The notes beneath the pieces were generated by a model. It searched no databases. It was not told the DNA's origin and was given only the letters and a program-made list of their open reading frames with translations. From the NCBI RefSeq assembly GCF_032062105.1, contig NW_026936980.1, positions 620,001 to 684,000 on the forward strand: a stretch of DNA of 64,000 nucleotides, given 5' to 3'. Below, one piece after another: positions 30,934 through 42,840 of this stretch; within the stretch, counting starts at the first letter, position 1; each line of letters starts with the position of its first letter. The stretch comes from Saccostrea cucullata. Lineage: Eukaryota. The position numbers and the translations under genes were made by a program.

Positions 30934-32633
30934 ATGACGCATTCAGTTTACATCATCAGTTTCCTTATTGTGTTGTGTTTTCTTTTAGGCCTACAAGGTA
31001 TGTTGAACCATTCTTTAAAAGAATTCACAATCTATGTTAAACGTGGTTCAGAGCATGATTGGACGCATGTACACCACATGAGGGATATCGATGCATGTAT
31101 TAGGCAAACAAGGAATAGGGCCTACCGTTACATGTATTTAAATAGCCTAAGCTCGAAAATCCATCTTTGGGAGATAGATCTGCATTGCAACTTCCATGGT
31201 CCTGTGTCGCAGTAGGTGCTCGTCCTTTGTGTGAGACCTTCCCGACAAGTTTTTATTGGTTGGAGTTGACTGTAGGACTTTCATATTTCACATGTGTAGC
31301 CTAGTTCAATGTTGTGACAAGACATCTCTTTGGGTACCAAAATATTTGACATCTTGATCTTGAAGCTTAACACATTTTTTAAAAAAAATTACCAAAGTTT
31401 ATTCTTGTCCATACCGGAGCTAGTGTTTTCTTATTTCATATTAAGCGTTTTCCTCAATAAAAGACATTCAAATATGTTTTATCTCATTACCTTGACCTTG
31501 CTGCAGAACTGTAGCCATTGTGCTTTTATAGGCCTATTATATAGCCTATATATATATATAAAATTTTCAAACTTTAGTCATAGCCATAACTTTTCAGTTT
31601 GAAAAGTTGGTGCTAGGCTAGGGCTTTCGTACTTTACACATGTATTCACTGTGACAAGACCTTTAATTGGGTGTATTTTTTTTTTATCTTTTGACCTTGA
31701 ACTTAGAGTTTGACCCACTTTTAAAATAATTTAACCTTGACCATTACTTTTGAATCGTTAGTACTAGGGCTTTCATACTTCACGGGTGTTTACACCGTGT
31801 CAAGACATTCCTTTTGATACCAAGAGTTTGACCCCCACAAAAAAACTTGAACATTGAACATAAATTTTTGACCGTTACGGTTAGTACTAGGGCTTCCATA
31901 TTTCACAGGTGTATTCCTTGTGATAAGACCTTCCTTTGGGTACCAACAATTTTGACCTTTTGAACTTGACCTTGAAGTTTAACTTGCATTTGAGAAATTT
32001 CAACCCACGCCAAAATTTCGACCCTCGCCACAAGCTGTTTGAATGGTTATGGCAAGGCATTTGTATTCCTTATGACAAGACGTTTTATTGGCATCGACTT
32101 TGACATTTGATTTACATTGAAAAAATAGTCTTTGTAATGAAAGGCACATTTTGTTCTTTATGGAAATAGACAGATGTGTAGCGGCGCCCATTTTGAATTC
32201 TACCCTTAGCCGGACGGGACGTCACAAACGCTGGGAAGATGAAGCATACGACGACTACAGCGGGGGTGAAATTGATTACAAAGAGGAGGTACGTAAATTA
32301 TATCTAATATACTCCACTCTCCTATAGCTTGTGTGGAATTGACTTTGTCATATTTGAAGAACAGGTATACTAATTTACTTGTATTGTAGCAGTTGGAGGA
32401 CAGCTCTTGGTGAGTTGTGCTGTTGGAGGAATGCAAGGGTCTTGTTCTGTTATTTGTTCAAGAAAACTAAAAAAAGCAACTGAAATTTAAACACAATCAC
32501 ATTTAAAATTTCCTTTTAGACTAAGGCCGATTTCAAATGACTTTCAATACGGTATAGACTATTAGTATAGTAGACAGGGGGTGCTTAAATTGCTCTTCCA
32601 TGGAATCTGATCTTATATCAATTTTTTTAACGT

Positions 32634-32668
<35 letters not shown>

Positions 32669-33470
32669 ATTAGATTATACTATGATAATTCTTTCGTTTT
32701 TTTTTTTAAATTATTTTTTTAAATTCTGATTTATAAATTTGTTATTTTCTTTAAAACCACTTTTCCTACAGGTTTGGTCCCATAGTTAAAAAAAAATGCC
32801 ACAAAGGGTTTACTGCTGTTGCTTTAGTTTCAAGTGCAATCTCTTTCGTTCTTTGCAAATAGTTCAAACCAGTTTTTAAAGCTTCAGCACCATCGGATAC
32901 TTCTGGTTATGGTTTGGAGACATAATGTTGTGTAATGGAATTCCGCAATAAGCATTATTTTATTTTCTATTTTATGTGACAGACGGAAGAGGAGGCCAGA
33001 ATTAAGAACTTATTATTAAACTGGGAGAAGCTGGCACTCAAAGCCATCTTTGGTCTCTCCTTCTTCTCGCTGATCTGCATGGTGTGGTACATCTGTTGTA
33101 AGAACTGCTGTAGATATCTGGTGGTGGGCCCTTTGAAGGAGGCCTTTATCGACTATTGGACAAGATTTTGTCCTTGCTGCGTGAAGGACAAACGTAAGAT
33201 ATTCCCATTTTTGCTGCAAATTAATGAATAAAAAATAATATAATGCAAATACATCTACCACTAAATCATCAATTAAATCTCATGTTGTTTTCTGCAAGTT
33301 ATTTTATGTATGTCTTTGTCTTTTATACAGAGTTTCATAGAATGAAAGTTCAAGCCGAGAAGTTTGGCCTGAAGCTAACCCCCTCAACATTCGCTCAACT
33401 GAGGCGCGTGGCGGAACAGGCTGCGGAAACGATGGGGTACGACACCTCAAATCAACCCGCTTACATGTGA
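30934..33470 (+). CDS. Uncharacterised type-I single-pass membrane protein (177 aa); exons 30934-30997, 32170-32288, 32983-33193, 33331-33470
   Basis: GT-AG joins give 534 nt in frame: signal-like MTHSVYIISFLIVLCFLLGLQDRCVAA, RHKR site, acidic WEDEAYDDYSGGEIDYKEETEEE, TM ALKAIFGLSFFSLICMVWYI, Cys clusters CCKNCC and CPCC, tail ending NQPAYM*. Confidence 0.8.
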
Positions 33471-34977
33471 GGGTCCAAAACAACGCACAGATACTGGGAA
33501 GCTTGGAAGAATTCCGAAACAATGGACAGATGCTTGTAATTTCTGTAGGATCCAGTCCCGGTCTTATTTTTACAAAGTGAACAGGCATTTTTTGTCTTAT
33601 TTCGAGGTGCACACAAAGTTGTGCAGAATGTTCATCGATAAAAAGTGGGAAATTGGACCTTTTATTTATTTCATTAATACTTGATATGGCGAACATCAAC
33701 TTTTTGACATATGTATACATATTCTGGAGAAAAAATATATCACTGTATATTGAAAACACTTCTGGTCTTTGAAAGCAGTACATGTACTATAGTATGTATT
33801 AGTTTTGTAGAACGGAAGGAAATAAATATAACTGTTAAATGTACCAGTAATAAAATTAATGATGTAGAAATCGATATAATCTAAATCCCCGTATAGCTTT
33901 GAAACGCAGTGGTGAAATTAGAGAAAAATCTTCTGAATTTGCTCTAAGTACATGTAGGTTGTTGTTTTATGCTCTTGTAATCGAAAATTTGGTTCTTTGG
34001 ATATAAATATATTTGACCTTGGAGTTTGACCCACTTTTTGCAAAATTTAACTTTGGTAATAACTTTTAAAAAGTTGATGCTAGGACTTTCTTACTCCACA
34101 TGGGACAAGGCTTTCTTCGGATATCAACAACTTTGACCTTGACCTTAGAGTGTGACCTCCTTTTGAAAAACTTTAACCTTGACCATAACCTTTGAACAGT
34201 TGGTGCTAGGACCTTAATATTTCACATGTGCATTTCTTATAGCAAGATCTTTCCCCAGGTATCTTTGACCTTGACCTTAGAGTTTGACCCACATTAAAAA
34301 ATAACTTTGGCATATCTTTTGAATGGTTGGTGCTTTGGATTTCATATTTCAGAGGTATATCATTGATACACGTCCTTTTTTTAATAACAACACTTTTGAT
34401 CTCTTTACCTTGGAGTTTGACTTGTATTTTAGAAACTTTAACCTTCGCCAAAGCTGCCAAACGGGAACATCAGTGTTACAAACACGTATTGTTTCCTGTG
34501 ATAATGTTCTATTACAGTTTACATTTTATTTTGAACTGAGTTTTTCACCCGTCACATTAAAAGAAAAGTTTAATGCACAAATATGTAGTCTAAATAAGAA
34601 AAATCACAAAAATGTACATGAAGTAAACATTCACAATATATTGAATTTATTGAATAAACGCAAGCCTTTATCAGCTAGATCCCTGTACATGTTTCATGTG
34701 AATCTGGAAAACTTATCATGTACCGACATCACTGTTGGTGTTATCAGGACCGTCCTGTGCATACCGAGAGCCGCGTGATTACTACTGCGTTATAATATGG
34801 ACGGTCAATAGAAGCTTCCGTGTTACTAAAACAGAAGATGATTCAAATGGATTTTAACAACATTGAAAACATTTGATTTATTTATCGGCATCAATAATTC
34901 AATGGTATATATAATGTTTTTGATGGACACGTAACTTGGTCATTTCAATGTTTAAAGCCACGGCTGGATGTGTGTAT

Positions 34978-37900
34978 ATGGGTGTCTCGGCGTCAAACTC
35001 TGGAGACCGTGATAAACAATTGGTACCAAAAGTCAAAATTGCTCTAGTAGGTACTTATGCTGTTGGAAAAACATCCATAATAACGAGATACATCCGGGAA
35101 ACGTTTTCTTCTGAGTACATATACACGAGAGGTAAGATAACACAGATGATAAAGGACTAAGTGGAAAACCTTGTTGCAGTCCTTCACTCTATGAACTTTT
35201 TCAGATTATTCAATGACAAACAAAAGGCACTCTCCTGACTCACAATGGCTGCTCTAATGGCTACTGTATTTAATGAGCACTTTTTTCTCTATACATTACT
35301 AAATAAGATGCTTTATCTTGAATTTTAATTATATAGTGGTTCTTGAATTTTTTTTAAAAAGATGCCATTATATCGCAGTTCTTGAATTTTTTTTTTAAAA
35401 GATGCCATTATTATGGAATCTGGATAGGGCCATGCAGTTCACTATAGCAAAATCGAAGTTTGGGTTGATAATGCGATGACGATGAAGCAATGGTGCGATA
35501 ACGATGAAGTTATGTTGCGGTATTGCGATAACGATGAAGTGATGGCGCGATAATGCGATGGCGATGGTGCGATAGCACGATGAAGCGATGGTGCGATAAC
35601 ACGATGTTGCGATAGTGATGGCACGATGGTAGGATGACGATGAAGCAATATTCACTTTTACTCTATCGTTCTATCGCACCATCGTCATCGCTTGATCGCA
35701 TCATTGTCATCGCGCTATCGCACCATAGCTCCATCGTCATCGCATCATCGTTATCGCATCATCGCATTATCGTGCCATCGACCTATTAGTCGATACTCGA
35801 TGGTGCGATAGTGAACTGCATGGCCCTATCCGGATTCCATACATTATATTTCACTTATTCTTAATTATCTCACCTCCAAAGATTTCGATCGTGGTTCTTC
35901 ATTTGAATACTAGTAAATTGAATAGAAAAAGCTTTCAAATGAAAACTTTTAAAAAAATTTCAGAAGGTGGATATAATACAATTATTGTTGGTTTGTTTTG
36001 ATGTCAACTCGATGCTTTAGCCATCTTCGAAGTACAGTTCTTCCATTGTTTTATTTGCTGGGATGTTAAGGTTCATAACTGTGAGGTGGGGCTGCCGCTT
36101 TCATTGAACACACGTTCATTAAGATTGTTTGCGCATTAATGAGAGTGAGAGTCATGTGCAAATAAAAAAAACTTTAAAAACTACAATATATTATACTTTC
36201 TGGATTTCAGGGGGAAATATACACAAGAAATTCATAACAGTTTATGGACAGAAACTCCAGATAGAGCTAATGTAAGGTCTTTGTTATGTCGAAGTCATTC
36301 AACATCTATATGTTTTCAATCATGCAGAAAAGTTTCTATATCGTAACTTGATTTATATTTTCATTTATACAGAGATACTGGTGGACAGGATTATCAAAAA
36401 GAAATAGCACCGACTTTGTATAAAGTAGCACAAGTATGTATTTATTTCTAATCAAATGAAATCATTGCTGCATATTCTGAAACATTTTATGAATATTTAT
36501 TATCTGTATCTAATGGTGTCACATTCCTACAAAAAAATCCAACAAAACAACCCTAAAATCATCAAATTCTGAAATTTGCATTTATGATTTATATCTAGAT
36601 TAAGATTTAGATTATGATACACGCTTTAATTTATATTTATGCTATAGTACATGTACATATTTAATAAAATACTCAATATATAGAGAACAGTATTCGAGCT
36701 TAAAAGTCAATATTCAAACAAAACAAATCAGGAGCAAAGCAAACCTGGGCCTCTAAAACATCAGAGGTGGGATCAGGTGCCAGGAAGGAGTGAGCATCCC
36801 CTGCCGACCGGTCATACCCGCTATGTACTCCCTGTCATTATCGGAAAATAAGGGGAAATCTGTAGACAACTAAGTGTGTAAATAATAGCCTTACATTTTG
36901 TTTCATCAACTTGTTTGTCAATACTCTAATTGACCTGGTTAAAGAAGTTGTTCATACCTTGAGCATACTCTTGTCGCATGCGTATCGAATTAAATGAGAT
37001 ATATAAAGCTCTATGTGTAGATGATAAGTAAGATATAAGTAAGGAAAGTTGATGATTAACATCAGGTACCATGGAGGAGTGAGCATCCCCTTTCGTCAAG
37101 TCACATCCGCCGTGTGCTCGATCTTAAATACTTTTTTTATATAAAAAGTTATCTTTATTGTCAACTTGTTTATAAAATAAATTTATACGTAAACCATATT
37201 TAATACTTACCATACGTTTCGACGAAATTTAGATGTTCGCTAAATGTTCTATATTTCGAACTATAAGTTGTTATTCCACCATGGTTTTCCGTTTTGTATT
37301 ATGTTCTTGCCGACTACACGATATTTTATTCTACAGGGAGTCTTAATTGTACACGACATATCGAAACCCAGCAGTTTTGAGGATGTGGAGGAATGGTTAA
37401 CAAGTATTCGCCAGGTAAACGTTATCAGTAGTCATTTCGCCATCATCACTTTGCACTCTGTGTGTTATTTTAAAAAGCCAATGGACGCTTACAGTTATTT
37501 TATTCTTTCTTTACACACAGTAGACGAAATGCATATTCTGTCATTCAATATATTTTAAATACCATCCTTTAAAAAAAACTTAATATTCTTCCATAGAAAA
37601 CTCTTGGAGACCCGGTGATAATGTTAATTGGTAATAAAAACGACTTAGATCCGCTTGGGAAAACTGATGATCCTCCCGCAACAAACAAGAATCTCACCAC
37701 CGGACTTGCTCGAGTTTCTTATGAACAATGTGAAGAGGTATTTTATACATTCTGATGACGTAATGTTTTCAGTACTCAAATCATTGCATCCTTTAGACAG
37801 TTTGCCATTGCATTCTTTAGAAAGTTTGTTATTGCATTCTTAAAACAATCTGCCATTGCATTCTTTAGACAGTTTATCATTGCATTATTTAGACAGTTTG

Positions 37901-39464
37901 TTATTGCATTCTCTACACAGTTTTGTATATTGCAATCTTTAGACAGTTTGTCATTGCATTCGATCGTTAGACAGTTTGTCATTGCATGCATTAGACATTT
38001 TGTTACTGCATGCTTTAAACAGTTTGACATTGCATTCTTTAAGCAGTTTGCCATTGCATTCTTTAGACAGTTATTACATTCTTTCGACAGTGTGTTATTG
38101 CATTCTTTAGAGAGTTCTTGTTATTGCATACTTTAGACAGTATGTTATTGCATTCTTTAGACAGTTTTTTTTATTGCATTCTATTGCATTCTTTAGACAG
38201 TCTGTTATTGCATTCTTTAGACAGTTTGTTATTGCATTCTTTAGACAGTTTGGGGTATTGCATTCTTTAGAACGTTTTTGTTATTGCATTCTTAAGAAAT
38301 TTTCTCTTGTATTCTCTAGACATTTTTATTGCATTCTTTAAACAGTCTGTTATTGCATTCTTTAAACAGTTTGTTATTGCATTCTTCAGACAGTTTGTTG
38401 TTGCATTGCTTAGACAGTTTATCATTGCATTCTTTAGAGAGTTTGTTATTGCATTCTTTGGGGGGTTGTTATTGCATTCTTCAGACAGTCTTTTATTGCA
38501 TTCTTTAGACAGTTTATCAATTCATTCTTTAGACAGTTTATCATTGCATTCTTTAGATAGTTTATCATTGCATTCTTTAGACAGTTTATCATTGCATTCT
38601 TTAGACAGTTTGCATTCTTTACACAGTTTGTTCTTGCTCGCTTTAGACAGTTTGTTATTACATTCATGAACAGTTTTCATTTCTTCCTTTAACAGTTTGT
38701 TAATGCATTCCTCTGACAACATTACATTGCTTTTCCCTAACTGTTTGACATTAGATATGTAAGATAATTTTATTTGCAATCCTCTAATGGATTGCCAATC
38801 CATTCCTTTTATATTCTGTTAAATTGTACACATAGTGACAGATAGTCAACGTATTCCTTCGACAGTCTTTAATTGTATTGCTCTAAAAAAAAATTTTTCT
38901 TTGCATTTCTCAGAGTTTGTTCTTTCCATTAATGGCATTGTTTACCACTCCAGTTTGTCATTGCACACCTCGAAATGAAGAGAGAAATTCTTAACTTTTC
39001 AAAAAAATATTTTATATGTAGTACATTTTGTATTCTCTGTCAGAAGGTACACCAGGAGGGGTTACTTCCCTTTTACAGTGAGGTCAGTGCCAAGACCGGT
39101 ATGAACATAGACCCCGTGTTTGAGCTCCTGGTTAAAGAAATTCTCCATAAACAAAATCGCCTTCTGGGCACTATCTGGGAGCCAGACCTCGGAAAGGTAC
39201 ATCTAATAGTCAGCAGAAAATTGTACGCTAGTTATAATCGGTTCAATGATATCAGAATGAAGTTAAAAGTAATATGATACTTTTGATTTACTACTTATCG
39301 CAAAACATTAAATCTAATTATAACTCCATATATTTTACTACATATATTGTATGTTGATAAATATTGATTAAAATTACCATAATCATATTTTTTTAAAGGT
39401 TGACGATGGAAGATCTGCTGCAGAAAAACCTACCTCCAAATCTTTGACCTGCACGATCTTATAG
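34978..39464 (+). CDS. Highly diverged Rab8-derived small GTPase (237 aa); exons 34978-35131, 36211-36271, 36373-36433, 37337-37414, 37597-37737, 39044-39196, 39399-39464
   Basis: G1 GTYAVGKT, G3 DTGGQ, G4 GNKND, G5 EVSAK, CTIL* end; 714 nt in frame. Exon sizes 61/61/78 and phases 1,2,0,0,0,0 match Rab8 in this window. An upstream in-frame ATG exists at 34948. Confidence 0.88.
35412..35841. mobile_element. Fold-back MITE with TAT...ATA termini and 6-bp TSD (IS3EU-like)
   Basis: TIR TATGGAATCTGGATAGGGCCATGCAGTTCACTAT / ATAGTGAACTGCATGGCCCTATCCGGATTCCATA; TSD CATTAT; GCGAT-rich left half and ATCGC-rich right half. Confidence 0.88.
36718..37120. mobile_element. Short interspersed repeat fragment with internal direct repeat
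   Basis: ATCAGGTGCCAGGAAGGAGTGAGCATCCCC at ~36772 recurs at ~37061; GC-richer than flanks. Confidence 0.45.
37783..38720 (+). repeat. ~24-bp minisatellite in intron 5 of the diverged Rab
   Basis: Unit TTATTGCATTCTTTAGACAGTTTG, roughly 35-40 degenerate copies. Confidence 0.93.
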
Positions 39465-40669
39465 CAGTGATTTACAATGAAATGAACATTGTCGTAAAAC
39501 TTACAGCAACAATAATATTAATGTGGTGAAAAAGAAACAACTGTAAACTCTTCAACTTGGCATCACTGAAAGGATTTTCATTATTCAACTTGTTGGAATA
39601 TTCAGATATGGTTACGGTGCATAATTAAACAATTATTTACCAACATTATCCATATCACAAAATGTCCAGAAATTAAGGGACCCAGTGGCGAATTGGGAAT
39701 TTGTTCTATGGAGATTCACATCGACTCTAAGACATGCCAGACTTTGATTTTTTTTTAGGTTAGGTAGAAGAAGACATATTTCTTAGTGGATTTTATTCCG
39801 AAGGATGACTTTCCTCCTCCCCCTTCCCTAAGATCCGCCCATGTGTTCTTTAATGACAATAACTAAAGTATTCCTGGTAATGCATGTGCTGTGTACTAGT
39901 AACGTGTTATTCATATACTGAACTTCTGTTTTCATTAAACAGGTCTGGATGATTTCCAAATAAGGAAGTCAAGAGTGATAACCGTGAATTGCTATAAATA
40001 ACAGAATAAACAAGGTACTAGTCCTTCTGACCAATCAGATAACGGCATTCAGACAAACCCATAAGAAAATAAATAAAACACATGGTTTTAAAGTTTTTTG
40101 CCCGAAAGATTTTTTTTAGAACAAACTCTTTGTAAACTTAATGGACATTTAGGAATAATATAATATTTATGAAAATTCTACCGTGAACAAACACAACTTG
40201 AAAGCTTAGAATACGTTTTAAGTGGGACTAAAAATCAGTCACAAGGAGGTAGCATTCCCGAAAGTTTAACTTACGTTAAAAATTTGATATAAATAAGTAA
40301 ATTTTTTCAGATTTCAGAGTTTGATATAAAAATTTTATCGAATAGATAACAGTCTTGATTATTTTTGAGTTTTTATAACAAAATCGAAATCAGTTTCTGG
40401 TATGCGAGGTAAGATATTGGGATAAAACACATTCATGTATGATTATTCTCTTTTTCTCCACGTTTTACGCCTTTCCTTATGACCATTTAAAGTTTGCATA
40501 GCTTAGTATTCGGCGCTCATGAAACCCGTGATATTTCAATGTAGTCCATACGATAAACACTTATGTGAGGTGGATATATACACATGGAAATTAAGCATCA
40601 TCGATAAAAATCGGACGGCTTAGCAAAAGAATATTTACCAGCATATAGTATATTCTGGTAAATGTTATA

Positions 40670-41475
40670 ATTATACCCCCCGCAAACGAAGTTTGGGGGT
40701 ACATGTATATTGGAATCAGCTTGTCCGTACGTCTGTCTGTCCGTCCAGCTGTGCAAACGTGTCCGGTCCATATCTTTCTTACCGAGGAACATTAGAATCT
40801 ACTTCACACAAAGATTGCTCATGACCTAAGGGTGTGTCGTGACCTTGATCCAAGGACATTTGGGGAAGTTCAAGGTCACTGGAAGAAAAATTTAATAATT
40901 CGTTTACGGTCCATATCTTTCTTATGGATAAACTTGGTAAGTTCCTATTTCACACAAAGATTCCTCATGACCTAAAGGTGTGTCATTACCTTGACCCAAG
41001 GTCATCTGTGCAAGTTCAAGGTCACTGATTTTTTTTTTATAATTCATGTTTGGTACACGTATACTTTTATTATGGAAAAACTTGAATCTACTACTTCACA
41101 CACAGATGGTTTATGACCTGAGGGTGTGTTATGACCTTGAGCCAAGGTCATTTAAGTTCAAGGTCACTGAAAGAAACAATTCATGTCCAGTCCATATCTT
41201 TCTTATGGATAAACTTGGTAAATTCCTATTTCACACAAAGATTGCTTATGAACTGAGGGTGTGTCATGACTTCCCAAGGTCATTTGTGCAAGTTCAAGGA
41301 CACAGACAGAAAAAAAGTCATAATTCATGTCTGGTCCATATCTGTCTTATGGATAAACATGGTGAGATCCCATTTTACACAAAGATTGCTTATGACCCAA
41401 GGTTGTGTCATGGCTTTGAACCAAGGTCATTTATGCAAGTTTAAGGTCACTGACAGAAAAAGTTCATAACAGTGC
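40670..41475 (+). mobile_element. Helentron-like element with degenerate tandem core
   Basis: TTATACCCCCCGCAAACGAAGTTTGGGGG hairpin head, GTCT/GTCC microsatellite, repeats of CACACAAAGATTGCTTATGACC...CAAGGTCA. Confidence 0.75.
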
Positions 41476-41478
41476 CTG

Positions 41479-41697
41479 GGGTCCGTTTTACAAAAGGACT
41501 TACGACTTAAGACCAAATTTAATTCTTCATATAACTTTTTAATTAACTTTATATCGAAAATTATTTAAAATTCTTTAAAAGGAATGTGGAAAAATATTTT
41601 TACACAACCAATTTCAAAGAGAATTATAAATTTTGCAAATTTTACAATCATCTGAAGTTTTTGGTCTTAGTCGTAAGTTCTTTTGTAAAACGGGCCC
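41479..41697. mobile_element. PIF/Harbinger-like MITE
   Basis: TIR GGGTCCGTTTTACAAAAGGACTTACGAC / GTCGTAAGTTCTTTTGTAAAACGGGCCC; 3-bp TSD CTG. Confidence 0.8.
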
Positions 41698-42462
41698 CTG
41701 GTCTTTATCTTTTGTCTTTATTTTTTTATTAGGGTGCACCTTCGTTTCATTCATAAGAGATATAATGAGCAATTACATTTGCACTAAAAATGTTTGAGCA
41801 TTTCTCTCTCCTCTTAGATTCATAAAATATTCATGATTTGGCACCTCTGAAAAACCCAGTGGGGGTATTTTGTCCTTTTGGGACAGTTCTTGTTAAACTT
41901 GATAAGAACTTGCTGGTGTGATTTATTCCTTCGTAAACGATTACATTGTATCATGCATTTTTTTCTTTACCGAAATAAAAATATCAAGGTTGTTCACGGT
42001 AAATATGTAGGGGATACCTTATTCATCAAAAGTTTTAATCTTACTTCTAAAGATATTTTGTTAAAAAATCTTTTCGAGGAAAAAAAACAAAAGCAGGTGT
42101 TATCTTTTTTGTTCTTTTAAAAAATGAGTATGTAAAAATGCTGTTGTCTGATTGGACAGAAAAAAAATTACGTGTACATGATGTATATTTAAAGCAGCTT
42201 TCAGTTATCGTTCTTGACTTCGATATTTGGAAATCGTCCAAACCTGTTAAATGAACCCTTTCTCTTTTTCTATGAGGGTGCTTATATAGTTATAAATACC
42301 GGTATGAAAAATCGAGACTTGTTTATTAAAGAGATATATATTATATATACATGTACATGTATGTTGTTCCCCGCAAATTTTGTAATAAAACAATTTCTTT
42401 AGTATTTTTTCCTTACTTTATACACCAATGCAGTCTATGTCATTATATTATAATGACAAAAT

Positions 42463-42840
42463 CAGGGGCGTAGCAACGGGGGGGGGGGGGCAGGGGGGCC
42501 TGCCCCCCCCCCCCCCCCACTTTTTTTCACAACCTTACTTATATTATAGGAAATGTTAATTAGAAAGCCTGGTTGCCCCCCCCCCCCACTTTTAGTGATG
42601 TCTTGAAAATGTAGTATTAGAACTGGTACTCAAAGTAGTTGACACTGAGGAAAGGTTTACCCCCCCCCCCCCCCACACACACACACACACACACGAAATA
42701 GGATATTCGACTTTGGGCCATTTTTCCTTTTTTTTTTTTTTTTTTTTTGCTCGTCAACTTTTTCAGGTAAGTAAAAAGAAAAATTTCTCTGGCTGCCCCC
42801 CCCCCCCCCCCCCACTTTCAAAAACGATGCTACGCGCCTG
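42463..42840. mobile_element. MITE with CAG...CTG termini and poly-G/poly-C runs
   Basis: CAGGGGCGTAGC...GCTACGCGCCTG; 5-bp direct repeat AAAAT. Confidence 0.75.

Noticed and set aside
33304-33783. 159-aa minus-strand ORF
   Set aside because: Antisense to the last exon and 3'UTR of the membrane-protein gene; no motif.
35395-35655. His/Arg/Ile-rich ORFs
   Set aside because: Lie within the GCGAT-repeat fold-back MITE.
37776-38803. Repetitive ORFs (NCLKNA..., LSKECNDK..., HSLDSL...)
   Set aside because: Artefacts of the 24-bp minisatellite.
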